DNA of 64,000 bases, from the NCBI GenBank assembly GCA_965644315.1, contig CBFFRQ010000015.1, forward strand, positions 1 to 64,000, in the 5' to 3' direction. Position numbers and translations under genes: made by a program. A model generated the notes under the pieces. The model did not search any database, had not been told where the DNA came from, and worked only from the letters and a program-made list of their open reading frames with translations. Below are positions 34,883-48,300 of the stretch, one piece after another. How positions within the stretch are numbered: the first letter of the stretch is position 1; the number at the start of each line of letters is the position of its first letter. This DNA is from Caecitellus pseudoparvulus. Lineage: Eukaryota > Protista > Bigyra: Bicosoecida.

Positions 34883-37800
34883 TCAGTCTGTGTACAAGGC
34901 CTCGATCTCGGCCAGCAACTGGTCGCGCTCTGCAGCCTCGGCCGCATCCTGTGTGCTGGCCCGTGGCCGAGGCGGTGTGGCCGCTCGTGGCATGGATGCC
35001 GAGGGAGTGCTCTCCGCCACAACCGCCTGCGTAGCCTGCTGCACCATCTCAGCCTGTGCCAGGGCGGCAGCAGACGCCTCCACTGCCGCCTGTGCCCGCC
35101 GCATATCCTCCTGGCGACGCAGCAGCTCGGCGTCGATGGCTGCCAGCAAGCCCGAGTTGCGGCTGGTGCGGCGGGGCTTGGGTGCGCTGCGCCGGTTCTG
35201 CGCCGCAGAAAAGTCGGCTGTCGTGGCGAACTCGGGAACCTGCGGTCCCTGCATGTACACCGCCTCAGCAAGGGGGTCCCCGCGCACCTCCTTGCCTCGC
35301 AGCGGCAGCTGCGTTGGCACATGGGAAGCTGACATGGCACTGTCGCTGTCTTGTTCTGCCTCCAGGCGGTCGGCGCGGCGCTGGGCTGCCTCGCGCATGT
35401 GCTTGATCTCGGTGGCACTCATCTCACTCAAGCCGCGCAGGTGCGAGCTGAGGGGGCGGGCGGTACCCCTCCCCGCGGTGCCGCCCTGCCACAGCGCCGG
35501 TGAGCCCAGCAGCTGAGCACGCTCGTCCTGAGCCACTGCCCCGCGCACGCCATGGCGCAAGAGGAGGGCATTGAAACTGTCAGCCGTGTCAGGCACCAAT
35601 TCATCAGAGTACCCCCCACGCGCAATACGCCACTCGTCTCCCCCCGCGCGGGCTTGGGTGGCCTTGGCTTGGCTGCGCTTGCGCCCTCGGCTCCGGGGCT
35701 GGGGTTGGTCACGTGCCGGGGGTGTCCCGCTCAGGTAATGCCCTTCCAGCACCTGTCCGTGGCGTGGAGCACCAGTGCCCCACGGGGAGGACGGCTGGGC
35801 CACCCGTCGGGGAGAAGGGGCGTGTGGCGAGGCAGCCCCCTTCACCCTGCGCAGCCGCCGGGCGGCACTCCTGCTGCCGGGTGAAGACGATCCTGGTGAC
35901 CGGTGCACGATGCCCTGGCGCGAGGAGCGGCCCATGTGGTGCACTGCCGCGAGGGTGTCAGCATCTGCCCGGAGAGTCAGGCTGCGCGACAGGCCCAGGG
36001 ACTCCAGTGCGCTGGAGGCGTCGGGCCGAGAGCGGGTCAGGGGCAAGTGCCCCGTCACGGCGTCCTCACGGGTGCCCTTGCGGCGGCCAAGGGGGCTGTG
36101 CTGCTCGCTTGCCTCGGGGCCGTCCGCCAAGCCTGCTGCCTGGCGCATGGATGGGCCCAGGAACCGGGCAGTGGACTCCTCGAAACCAAGGATGTCCCCA
36201 GCCATCGCCTCCAGCTCCACGCGGGCTCGCTGTGTGGCGGAGGCCATGGGAGTCGGCAAGCGCCCCCGCCCCCCACGCGTCGTCGCAGGAGATGCAGCGG
36301 GGGAACCTGGGCTGCGCTGCAACGCCGCTTGCAGCTCTCGAGGGGAGATGCCCGCATCCAGAGCAGCTGCTTCAAAGCGACGCTGAGAAAGCACAGCAGG
36401 GGAGGGCACGGCAAACTTGCCGTGCTGCATCTCAGCCACCTTTGCTTCGATTTCAGAGTCAGTCTCCCGCAGCGGGAAGCGAGGCTGCTGCGCCGTCACG
36501 GGCGGGGAAGAGAAAGACGACTGTGCAGGCGGCTGCACGGCACTGAGAGGCGCCGGCGGCTGTGCGCGAGGTGCGTGCTCAGCTGGGGAAGACGAAATGT
36601 CGGGAGCCACGGGCGACACGGCGAACGCGTGGGTCTTGGCGAGACCACGCGCTGCAGTTGGGCTGCCCAGCCCGCCAGACTCCGACGCCATGGCTCGTGC
36701 AGCTGCGATTTCCGCGTCGTCCATGGGCAGCATGCCCTCCTCTGCCTCTCCGGCATGACGGCGGGCAGAGGCGCCACGAGTAGGTGCGGGCCCAAGGGAT
36801 GCCTCCTCCGCCTCGATCGCCAGCTGTGAGTCCAGGGCGTCAGGGCCGCCGTCCAGCCCCTCCACGACACCTGCCTCCCGCGCCACACGCCCCACCATCG
36901 CAGACAGCTCCTCCTGCACAGCCTGAGTGTGGGCCGCCTGCTGGCTGTGCAGCGCCCGAGCCAGCGCGGACTCGGCAGCTGCGACGCGCTCGTGAAGCTT
37001 TGCGACGTCCTGCCGCTGGCTCTCCAAGGCAGTCTCAGCCACATTCGCGCGCCGCGTCGCAGCTGCGTGTGCTGCCACCATCTCAGACAGCTTCTGCACA
37101 GCCTCCGTATGTGCAGCGTACGCTGCTTCCAGCCGCCCACCCAGATGCTCCCGCGTCGCCACCAGAGCTTTCTGGCTTGACTCCGCCTCGTCACGTGCCT
37201 GCTGCATGGCTGCATGCACCGCCTGTGCGTGAGCCTTGGCCTCCTCCAGCAACTTGCTCTGTGTCGCCTTCGCCTGCTGCAGCAGCTTGTCCGTGGAATC
37301 CTCCATGGCCAGGGCTGCCGCCGACCGAGCAGCTTCTGCCTTGACTAGGGCGGCACGCATCTTGCTCTCGTGCTGCGCAGCCTGGGCCGTCAGGCGGTCT
37401 TGGGCCGCCTTGCTTTGCACCAGCAAGGACGTCTCCTGCTCCGCTGCAGCCCGGCGCATGTTGGCGACCTCAGCCGCCGCCGCGGCAGAAGCAGCCACAG
37501 CGGCCCGTTCGTGTTGCTGAGCTTCTTTCTCCAGGTGGGCTTGCAGTGCCTTGGCGCGGTTGACAATGGCGCCTTGCGCTGTGGCCACAGCACCCGCCGT
37601 CCCTTGATGTGCACTGCGTGCGTCTGACAGGGCCCGTGCTGCTGCGGCCTTGTGCTTTGCGGCGTCTTGCACGTGACGTCGCACCCTTGCCTCTGCTTCG
37701 GCCATTGCCGCTTCCAGTCTCGCGTCCACCTCTTCTGTCTCACGCTGCAGGGCGTCCAGAGCAGCTTGTGTCTTGGCCACCTGCTCGCGCTGGGCAGCAA

Positions 37801-40800
37801 CCTGAGATGCTCGCTGTTCACGAGACGTGACAACTGCGTCTGTGGCAGCTTGCGTGCTATCAGCCAGAGCTGCCATAGCTGCGGCATTCTGAGTCGACGC
37901 TTGCTCCATCCTCGACAGCTCCTCCAGCGCGGCAGCAGTGCTGGCAGGGGCCCCGGTGCTCGTCGGGGCGGCCCCCTGCTCCACGACAACCTTGCTGCCA
38001 TCTGGGCCATCCTGCACCTTGCCAAACCCACGACTTTGCTTCGTCACTGCTCGGCTCTTCTGGCCACCTGTTGCCACTGCCTTGGGCACAGCACTTGGAG
38101 CAGCTTCCGGGCGACCAAAGTCTTGTCCACGTGAAGGGCGGGGTGGAGCCGGACCCCGTGGACCAGGCACAGCGGCACCTCGTGGCGCCGGACCCCGTGG
38201 ACCAGGCGCAGCCGCACCTCGTGGCGCCGGACCCCGTGGACCAGGCGCAGCCGCACCTCGTGGCGCCGGACCCCGTGGACCAGGCGCAGCCGCACCTCGT
38301 GGCGCCGGACCCCGTGGACCAGGCACAGCGGCACCTCGTGGCGCCGGACCCCGTGGACCAGGCGCAGCCGCATCTCGTGGCGCCGGACCCCGTGGACCAG
38401 GCGCAGCCGCACCTCGTGGCGCCGGACCCCGTGGACCAGGCACAGCGGCACCTCGTGGCGCCGGACCCCGTGGACCAGGCGCAGCCGCATCTCGTGGCGC
38501 CGGACCCCGTGGACCAGGCACAGCGGCACCTCGTGGCGCCGGACCCCGTGGACCTGAAGGCACCACTCCAGCGTTAACTCCCGCGGCTGGAGCCTGAGGT
38601 GGGGTGGCAGGCGTGGACATGAACTGGAGAGACTTTGGCCCTGTGAACGGAGCACTTGCGCTGCCACGAAGCAACTGTTCGTTCTCCTCCTTGCTTGGAG
38701 TCTTGGACAGGTTCTTGGGAGCTTGGCCAGTCGGCTTAGCGGTGGCTGTGCGCGGTCCACGGTGGCCGCTGGGTTTGCCTTGTGGAGACGGTGATACCGC
38801 ACCCAGGCCGGTGGGGTGTGCAGAACCATGGGCGCTGCCGAGAGGCTTCGTCTTGCCTCCGTGGGGCGGTCCCGTTGGGTCGTCGGGGGGGGGTGCAAGG
38901 GCGGCTTTCTTCGGAGTGGATGGCAGGACATCGGGCGGTGATGCTTCGGTAGAAGCCTGCTTGGCGTCCTTGGGAGTCGGCTGTGACTGTGGGGAATCGG
39001 GCGTGGCCGCCTTCGCGTCACCTGACTCTTTCGGTGCAGGAGCAGGAGCCTTGTCTGCGGCCTTGCCAGCTGTGCCCGCCTTCTTCCCCCACCTGCCCTT
39101 CACGCTGCCAGCCTTCTTTACCCCCCCAGTTGTCTTTGGGGACCCCTTGCTGGAGGACTGCCCGCCCCACTTCTTGCCAACAGTCGCCTTACCGGACGCT
39201 GCCTTAGGCCCACCCTCCTTCGACTCGTCCTTCGGCACAGGCTTAGCCTTGCTTGGCTCGGCCTTCTCGCCACTCTTCTGCGAGCCGAGCTTACTGGGCG
39301 AGGGGGCGAGCTTCCCAGAAGCCTTGTCAGCCTTGAGCTGGGCGAGCTTCTTCTCCGTGTCTGGCGAAACAGCCCCACCTCCGACTTTACCAATGTGCGC
39401 CACACCTCCTGGCCCAGCACGCAGCGTACCTCCACCGGCACCCTTCGTGCCTGTCACCGCTCCACTCCCAGCGCCCGCCCCATCTGCATCTCGACGGCCG
39501 GCGCGGGGTCCCGCGGGGGACTTGGAGCCCTGCTCCATGCGTGCCAGCACCTGGGCTCGGATGGCATCCACTCCTGCCAATGAGTCTTGCAGGTTTTGGT
39601 AGTGAGCATCCACATCCCCTTGCTTGGGAGCGCCCCGATGCCTGAGAGGAAGCGCACGGCTCCCTGGAGCAGGGCTTGGAATGGGGGTCGGCTTGGTGCC
39701 TGCTTCGCCGCCCTCTGCTTCGCCATCTGTGCCTTGCAGCTTGCTGGGCGAAGCGACATCCCCCGCAGCGGGGGGCATGGCTGCAAGCTGCACTGGTGGC
39801 TCGCTGGAGAATCGATCCGGCTCAGACTTTGGAGGCAGCTTGCGCCCACGTTTGTGCATCTCGATCACGTCGTGCTTGGAAGGGCTGCTTGGGGCGTTGG
39901 ACTGGAACGGGACCTTCACAGGCTCGCTCGGCGTGGGCGCCGGCACAGCCACAGGAGGGGCACTTTCGTCGCTTTCTGCAGGGGACGGCTTCGGGGGTTC
40001 ACTTTCCTTCCCATGCGCTGCTGCAGTGGGTGCAGTTGGGCTGGTCGCTACAGACTCTGGCGCGGAACCCTCTGTTTCCACCTTGCCGTCGACTGGGGCA
40101 GGTGCCTCACTCGACTTGTCAGAATCAGGCTTCTCCCCTGAAGCCTTCGGGGGCGTATCACTCGACGCATCGCTGGCCTTGGCAGCAGGCTTTGGTGGTG
40201 AACCCTTTGAGTCTCTAGGAGCCGCTTCTGTCGATGTAGGCTCCTTCGCTTTGGCAGGACCCTCATCCGTCTTGGGAGAAGCACCGGCCTTGCTACCAAC
40301 CGAAGGTGGACCCTTCCCGCCTGGTGGTGGCGGACCCTTCCCACCTGGTGGCGTGGGGCTGCCACGAGGTGGTGGCGGACCCTTCCCGCCTGGTGGTGGC
40401 GGGTCCTTCCCACCTGGTGGTGGCGGACCCTTCCCACCTGGTGGCGTGGGGCTGCCACGAGGTGGTGGCGGACCCTTCCCGCCTGGCGGTGGCGGGTCCT
40501 TCCCACCTGGTGGTGGCGGTCCCTTCCCGCCTGGTGGCGTGGGGCTGCCACGAGGTGGTGGCGGACCCTTCCCGCCTGGCGGTGGCGGACCCTTTCCGCC
40601 TGGTGGTGGCGGGCCCTTTCCGCCTGGTGGCGTGGGGCTGCCACGAGGTGGTGGCGGACCCTTCCCGCCTGGTGGTGGCGGACCCTTCCCGCCTGGTGGT
40701 GGCGGGCCCTTCCCGCCTGGTGGCGTCGGGCTGCCACGAGGTGGTGGCGGACCCTTCCCGCCTGGTGGTGGCGGGCCCTTCCCGCCTGGTGGTGGCGGGC

Positions 40801-41946
40801 CCTTCCCGCCTGGTGGTGGCGGGCCCTTCCCGCCTGGTGGTGGCGGGCCCTTCCCGCCTGGTGGTGGCGGGCCCTTCCCGCCTGGTGGTGGCGGGCCCTT
40901 CCCGCCTGGTGGTGGCGGGCCCTTCCCGCCTGGTGGTGGCGGGCCCTTCCCGCCTGGTGGTGGCGGGCCCTTCCCGCCTGGTGGTGGCGGGCCCTTCCCG
41001 CCTGGTGGCGTGGGGCTGCCACGAGGTGGTGGCGGACCCTTCCCACCTGGCGGTGGCGGACCCTTCCCGCCTGGTGGTGGCGGGCCCTTCCCGCCTGGTG
41101 GTGTGGGGCTGCCACGAGGTGGTGGCGGACCCTTCCCGCCTGGCGGTGGCGGGCCAGGTGCTGGTTTGGGGGGATTCGGTGCGCCAGGTGGACCTGGTGC
41201 TGATTGGGATGCAGAAGGAGGAGCAGGTGGCTTGGCTGAGTCCGAGCCTGCAGCTGGGGAGGGGGGGGCTCCTCCAGGTGATGGGGGACCAGGTTTCTTC
41301 CCAGAAACGGCAACAGATCGCCGCCCACCTGGAGGTCCGGGAGGAGGAGTTCCATTGGGAGGCGGTAAAGGTGACCCCTTTGGAGAGGGTGGTGGTGGGC
41401 CACGAGGGGAAGGGGGAGCCTTGGGCCCTGAAGGACTACCCGGCGCAGGAGGTGGTGGGGTTGCACCCTTTGGCGCCGGGGGGGCACCACCACGGGGAGG
41501 AGGGGGGGTGCCGCCCTTCGGCGCAGGTGGTGGACCACCACCAGGAGGGGGGGGTGTGCTACCACGTGGTGGCGGAGGGGCACCCCCTTTTGGTGGAGGA
41601 GCACCGCCTTTAGGCGGGGGTGGTCCGGCACCACGAGGTGGTGGTGGCGCTCCGCCACTTGGCGGTGGTGGCGCTCCACCACGAGGCGGTGGTGGCGCTC
41701 CACCACGAGGCGGTGGTGGCGCTCCACCACGAGGCGGTGGTGGCGCTCCGCCCCCTGCAAATAGAAAAGGACAGGGTGGGGATGAGTGGAATGTGGGAAG
41801 CCTCCATCAGCTTGTAAGGCGAGATTGCGTGCTTGGGCGCTGGTCGCGGCGACCAAAGCTTGCCAAGCTCGTCGGAGAGCAGCCAGAGCAAACCCAGGGA
41901 CACAAGTCAAAGAGCATCACTCACGAGGAGGGGGTGGTGCAGCCAT
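34883..41946 (-). CDS. Gene A: ~2,300-aa polyproline-repeat / coiled-coil protein (longer than the ORF track shows)
   Basis: ATG 41946 MAAPPPP, intron 41755-41924, then RGGAPPPPRGG... in the same frame as ORF 34883-40081. It contains GGKGPPPP and PRGPAPRGAAVPG repeats and an Ala/Gln/Glu-rich coiled coil. Confidence 0.8.
38148..38554. repeat. Coding minisatellite, 39-bp unit x ~10.4 (PRGPAPRGAA[V/A]PG)
   Basis: Unit GCCGGACCCCGTGGACCAGGC[A/G]CAGC[G/C]GCA[C/T]CTCGTGGC repeated directly. Confidence 0.97.
40304..41155. repeat. Coding compound minisatellite, 24-bp unit (GGKGPPPP) interspersed with 21-bp RGSPTPP-type inserts
   Basis: GGTGGTGGCGG[A/G]CCCTTCCCGCCT repeated many times, with a pure run at ~40740-41005. 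Confidence 0.95.
41630..41753. repeat. Coding repeat, 24-bp unit (RGGAPPPP) x ~5
   Basis: CCACGAGGCGGTGGTGGCGCTCCA direct repeats. Confidence 0.85.
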
Positions 41947-42318
41947 GGAATTGCTAATCTGTCTGCAGAGCTGTGAACTGCGGTATAGCTTGCTCCCAGG
42001 CTGCAGTGCAACTGCCTTGCCAGCTGCAGCGAAAACACCCCAGCAACGTGCCGAGCAAGAACTGGGAGAGGCAGACACGCCTGCAGAGCAAAACCTCGCC
42101 TCAGTGCAATCCTACAACTCTTTATTGTGCCGTCATGTGCAAACTGCTCATGATGGTGAATGGGACTGACAGCCTGCTCGTACATGGTTGACATGCAAGC
42201 GAAAGCGCGTGGCCTGAGCGCGCAAGCAAGAAAAGCAAGCAGCACTCATGCAAAACTAGCAAAACAAGGCCACACAATGCATTAACACCATTGCCGTTTG
42301 AATTAACGATCGAAACTT

Positions 42319-45300
42319 TCAGGCGTTGCCAGTGCCCGCCGGTGGGCGCGCTGTGCGGATGACGGCGCCCATGCCCTGGCTCTTGACGAGCAACGCAAAG
42401 CGCTGCACGTGGGACAGCTCGTCCGTGGACAGGGAGGCGTAGTCAAACACACCACGCAAGTCGGTGTAGCCGTCCTTGTAGAACTTGCCCTTGCTGTCCC
42501 CCGCGGAGCGACGGCTGAACACCTTCACATACACCTTTGGCAGGGGCCGCCCGCTGGCCGAATCACGCACAGACACACGCCCAGCGTTCTCCACCACGTG
42601 CACACGCATGCTGTTGGCAAAGTACGGCGCGGTGCAGTGGATGCCTGCGCCCACCGCCTCCACCAGCACGTTGCGGGAGCTGTACTTGTCTGGCAGGGGG
42701 ATGACTGTCTCGGACTCCACGCCTGCTGCCACTGGCGCCGGCAGCTCGTGGCCCACCACGTCGTTGGGCCGCACAAAGGCGAACTGCCCCACACTGCCAC
42801 TGGAGCCGCCGCTGTCCGCCGTGACGAAGGCTGACGTGGAGAACAGCAGCTCGATGTCCATGAGGTAGAAGCGCAGGGACACGGCTGACAGGTTGCTGTA
42901 CGTCACACGCACGCCGCTGCCTTCAGCCATGATGTCCAGGGATGGCGCGCTGCTCATCAAGGCACTGGTCTGCTTCTCCCGCGCCAGCTCCTTGTCCTCA
43001 GCCGCGTCGGCATGCAGCGTGCTGTCCTCGCCTGCCGCTGCTGCTCCGGCGCCGCCTGCGCCATCTGCTTCCGCCAGCTGGGCTGCCACGGCGGCAAACT
43101 TGCGCTGCCACTTGGGCACGGGGTACTCCGCATATGCAGCTGCGACAGCCCGAGCCACTGGCTGGTCGTCGACGTTGAAGAAGTCCAGGTATGCTGCCAA
43201 GTAGTCGTACATGAGCACACCCCACTGCCCCTCCAGGGCTGCACCTGTCAGCGTCGCCGCCACAGTGCTGGGTGTGCCACGAGCACCACTCACGACAGAG
43301 CCAGGCGGCACAGGCACCTTCGCAAACTGTGCCTGAGCATCCATGACGCGGTCCTGCAACAGCAAGTGGTACACGATGGCCAGGCGGGCGGAAGTGGTGA
43401 TGCGGTCGCTGGGGGTGTATGCCAGCACCTCCAGCAACCGGCGCCACTGCTTGCTCTGCTGCACGTTCATGATCTTGCGTGATGCGCCCAGCTGGTGTGC
43501 ACGCGCATTCACCAGGGGGGAGTACTCCAAATGCTCATACGCCCCCGTGCTGCTATGGGGGTCCATGTACATCTCAGCTGCGCCGGGCTGCCCCGACACC
43601 CATGGCTCAGGCGCAAAGGACACCAGGGATGACGCCAGAGTGGGGAAGACGAAGCTGCCCAGGCGGCCCCCGTTGGACTGCTGCAGCAGCCACTGCCGAA
43701 TGCCCCGCACGTCGCCGTGCTTGAAGGCATACTGCCAGATGGTGCCGTTGTACACGCCACGAGCCGCCAAGGCGGACGTGATGGCATGCCAAGTGCTGGG
43801 GTCGCTGCACCTCCACGCCACCTTGCCCACATCCACGCCGGCCAAGGAGTGAGAGCACAGGTACGCCATCACTTGGGCCTCGCTGCCTTGCTGGCTGACA
43901 TACTGCCATGACTCATGGTCCTCAAAGGTGGGCTTGTCCACCACCTTCACAGCCGTGGGCCGGGCAGCTGCCACCAGCTCCTCATCAGCAGACACGTGCA
44001 CTGGGTAGTGAGCGTACTCACCCAAGGCAGGGAAGTAGAAGAAGTACTCGGCCCGTGTCGTGGAGTACGCTGACAGGCGCTGGTGGAAGGACTTCATCAC
44101 GAAGCCGTTGCGGAGTGGCACTGCGCCCTGCGGGATCTGCAGAAGGTAGTCCAGCTCCTGGCTCGCAGAGGACACGTTGGTGATGACGCACTGCACACCG
44201 TACACCTTGTGCCGCATGAACTCCCCACCAGCCACGTACTTGTCCACTTGCTGCCCCTTCACCGTCTTGTACCTGTCCGAGGGGTCAAAGTAGTTCTGCC
44301 CCACCAGCACTGTCGTGGCCTCTGGCTCGCTGGCCTCCTGCAGGTCCTTGTGGAACAGCACTACAGGCGCAGACTTGGCGGTGTACACCACCTTGCCCTC
44401 GCTCACCTGCACATCGGAAGCGTCGTCGTTGGTGAAGGGCAGCTCAATCACGGCCAGCGCCAGCAGCATCTCGTTCAGCGACCTGGCTGCCAGGGCGAAG
44501 TTGCGAGACACGAAGGGTACATACGCCGCATTGGCGCTGCCATCAGGCAGGAAAGGCTCGCCGTACTTGGCACGGTGCATGGCAAAGTCAGCCCAGAACT
44601 CGGAGAAGGTGACGAGGTGGGTCGTGTTCTGGGTGGTCTTGACGTTCCAGTAGTGCATCTCGGCGAACTCCTCGGTCTTGTCCAGGGAGCGGTACGCTTC
44701 CTGAGCTACACGCGACCTGGCATCCAGGTCAGCCTCCAGCGAAACCTCGCATTCATCGGCAGCAAAGTCCATGCAGAGGTCTCCGTCCGCCATTGCCATG
44801 GCCATTTCCGGCATCGGTGCCGCTGATCGCGCCATCGGCGCTGCGGAACGCTGTGGCGCAGAAGCAAAGCTCATAGCGGGCGAAGGCACCGCCATTGGCT
44901 TGGGTGGAGGCATGGCACCCCCTCCAGGCGCTGGTGCACCAAACAGATCATCAGCAGCCTTGGCGAACTTCTTCTTCTGCGCTCTCTCAGTGGACTTGAT
45001 CTTGTCGGCCAGCGCGTGTGCCTTGTCGTCATCCTCCAGCGCGTTGGACGAGATGGCAGAGTTGAACACCAACTCCCACACCTCACTGGGCGTCGGCTGT
45101 TGCTCAGCACGGTCCAGTGCACTGGTTGCCAATAAAAACGCGTGAGCTGCTCCGTCTGCCGCCTCCACGGCCTCAGCGCGTGCAGAAGGCGTGTCATCGC
45201 CTGCCGCAGCAGGGGAACCAGCAGATGGCAGGCGCCCAATCAAGAGGGCACGCTCAGCATGGTTCAGCTGGGCAAAGGGACCAGGCGCAGCGTAGTACGT

Positions 45301-48300
45301 CAGGTCCTCACCCAGCACGAAGCGATCCATGAAGGTCTTGGCGCGCTTGCACTGCAGGTAGGGCCGCACGATGCTGTCGAAGAAGGCCCGGTCCCGCATG
45401 TACAGGAACAAGTGCACCTCGTGGCAAGCGTACTTGGAGTACTTGGCGGCCTTCTCAGCAGGCGACAGACTAGGCCAGCTCACCAGCCAGGAGAAGTCCT
45501 TCGTCAGGGCGGCACTGTGGGTGCTGCTGCCGCCCGGCATGTGTGTGGACAGGCCAGTGAACAGGCGCAGGATGCGGCTGAGGGTGGCGTACTCCTCCAC
45601 CTTCGTGTCGCTGGCAGCTGTGATGGATGCAGACTCCCCAGTGCGCAGGACCGAGATGCTCTTCTGCTGTGAGAAGTGCTGTGTGGGCGGCAGGGGGTAC
45701 TCCAGAGACATGGGCCGTGCCCACTTGGCAGCAGCATCAGCAGCAGCAAGGGCGGCAGCATCGCCGCTCTGGGCTGCAGCATGTGCATCGGGGCTGGGCA
45801 TGAGGCTGGTGGTGTAGCCTGCACATGACACGGCATCTGTCGCCACCACCGTGAGGAAGACTGGACCGGTGGCTTCTGTGGCCAGCTCAGCCAGGGGCAC
45901 GCTGACACAGCCCTGTGCGTCAGGGGTGAGGTTGAAGTGCAGGCGAGCGGGGTGGGCCAAGAAGTCCAGCGTCACTTGGCTGCTGGGCGGGCCGTGGTGC
46001 CCGCCACCACCGCCACCGGCGCGGCGCCTCGCCCTTCCTCTTGAAGCAGCCATGCTCCTGGAGGGAGCAGCGGCAGCCCGTCCACCCGCCGTGAAGGAGT
46101 CGTACGCACTGCCTGCCGCTGCCTCCTGCGTGTCCGTCTGAGTCTTGCCGATGGCCCATGGGTTCAACAGCAAGGACGGACGGGGCAAGGTGTTCCCAGC
46201 CTGTGCTGCCGCCTGGGCACGGTCCAGAATGTACCGGTGCTCCTCACCCAGCAAGCGTGGCTTGATGTACTGGCTGCTCAGGGCGCCCTCCCCGCTGCTG
46301 CCGCCAATGGCACGATCCTCGTGACCCAGCTCCCCCAGGCCGTTCATCAAGGGGCTGTACGGGGCAAAGTGTGTCGCTGCCAGGTGCACTCGCACAGCCG
46401 CCTTGCCGCCACTGCCGCCTGCCGTCGCCACGACAACCTTGCCGTCTGGCGTCACAGACACATCCGTCACCCGCACAGGCTGTGAGGTGCTGCGCGCAAA
46501 GGCGATGCCAGACCGACGCACGATGGAGGCGGCGGTTGCAGAGGCTGCCGCTGGCGTGTGTGCAGCCAGCCCCGCGCCTGACGCTGCGGCAGCATCCATG
46601 ACGGCGCCAGACGTCACGGCCTGTGCCGTGGCTGCGTCAAGGACGTGCACGACGATGTGCTCAGGCGCAGCAAAGTCACGGAACAGCGTCAGCTGGTAAG
46701 CGCCAGCAGGCATGCCTGCCAGGGTGATGCACCGCCCGGCAGGGTCGTGGGTCGCGTGCTCACGTGCATCTGCTGCCACAGCCATGCCCCCCAAGGCTGG
46801 GTGGTAGTAACTCCATGGCTGGCTCCAGTCAAGGCATGCAGCCAGCGGTGACGGCGTCATGCGCACCAAGGCGAAGGGTGTGCCTGATGTCCCGGCAGGG
46901 GCGTGGAAGGGCACCACCAGCGGCTCGCTTGAGCCCTCCACCATGGTCAGCTCAGTGAAGAAGGCAGACATGGACGTGCCAGGCGGCACCAAGTCGAAGC
47001 TGGCCTGGGGGAAACGCTCGCCCACACTGGACTCGTCAGCCACCGTGATGCTGTCAAAGCCCAGGCTGTGCAGGTCGCCGAGGCTGGCGAAGCCGTCAGC
47101 GCCCGTCCGCAGCACTTTCGTGTGCGTGCCCAGCAGTGGGTTGGCCATGCTCACACGCAGGTGCACGCCGGGCAGTGCCTCACCCGACTTGCCCAGCACG
47201 TACAGACGCCAGCCGCCTGCACCCGCCGATGGCCCAGCTCCTGGGCCAGTGGCAGCCCCCCCGTCAGTGGACCCACCAGCCACGTACCGCAAGTACACTG
47301 ACTTCATCCGGTCAGTGCCGTCGATGCCGTTGACGATGGTGGTGTGTGAGGCAGTCAGGTGCTGCTTGGCCCCAGTGATGGCAGCGGTCATCGTGCCGTG
47401 CAGCGTGGCCGTCAGCTTGCGCAGGCCATTGGGCACGGCAATGGTGAGGGTGGTCTCGCTGCCCTCGCTCAGCTGCACGCCCTTGAAGTCCTTGCTGGAC
47501 GACACGCCGTCGCCGTCCGTGGACTCCACCGTCACACGCACATCCTCCAGCAGGGACAGCGGCAGAGGCAAGGGGGCGGCGGCCCCTGATGGCTGGTGGC
47601 GCAGGCGTGCCCGCAGCGCCACGGAGGCCTTGCGGTGGTCCTTCACCAGCCCCTCCTCCTCCACGTACCACGCTGCCTCCAGCTGGTAGTGCTCCGCGTA
47701 GTGCGTGAAGGAGGACAGGGAGGAGAAAGACCACGGCTCTGGCCCGTCACCCTGCTTCAGGGTCATGATGACACTCTGCCCAGGGCGGTCCTGCTGCGCG
47801 AACGGCACCATGATCTCGCCGTCCTCCCGCGGCGTGTAGGTGCGCCCCCCGATCCACAGCGACACATCCGCAGGGTTGGGCAGGGGGGAGTTCGTCTCGT
47901 CCAGGACACGGAACGCCTGCCCTGCAGCCGTCTCACGAGTCACAAACCGCAAGGCACCCTTGCGGATGATGGCCCGAGCGGAGTACCCGCCACCCACCAG
48001 CTCCACGACAAACACGCCACGCCGAGCTGTCACGGGGTTGGACAGCGCTTCGATGGGGAACGTGTGCAGGCCGCGCTGGATGGGCGGCGTGTCCAGGGTC
48101 ACGGACCGGGTGTCGTTGGGGATGAGCCCGTCCAAGTCGATGGAGGTGGAGATCTCCACGCCCTTCTCCTTGTAGAACGCCGTCGTGTTGATCTCGAACA
48201 CGCTGATGGTGAGGGACGACACGTTCTTCAAGTACACGTGCAGCGACACGGGGTCCGTCACGTCGTACACTTGCTTGTTGTGCGGGGCCAGCTCCAGATC

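Noticed and set aside
38148-38554. Regular 39-bp repeat as a CRISPR array
   Set aside because: There are no unique spacers and no cas genes, and the repeat is in-frame coding sequence in a eukaryotic gene.
39624-41957. Long Gly-rich plus-strand ORF (GGGGPFPP repeats) and other-frame ORFs over the same repeats
   Set aside because: These are antisense or alternative-frame shadows of gene A. The minus frame has an ATG, a canonical intron and continuity with the 1732-aa ORF.
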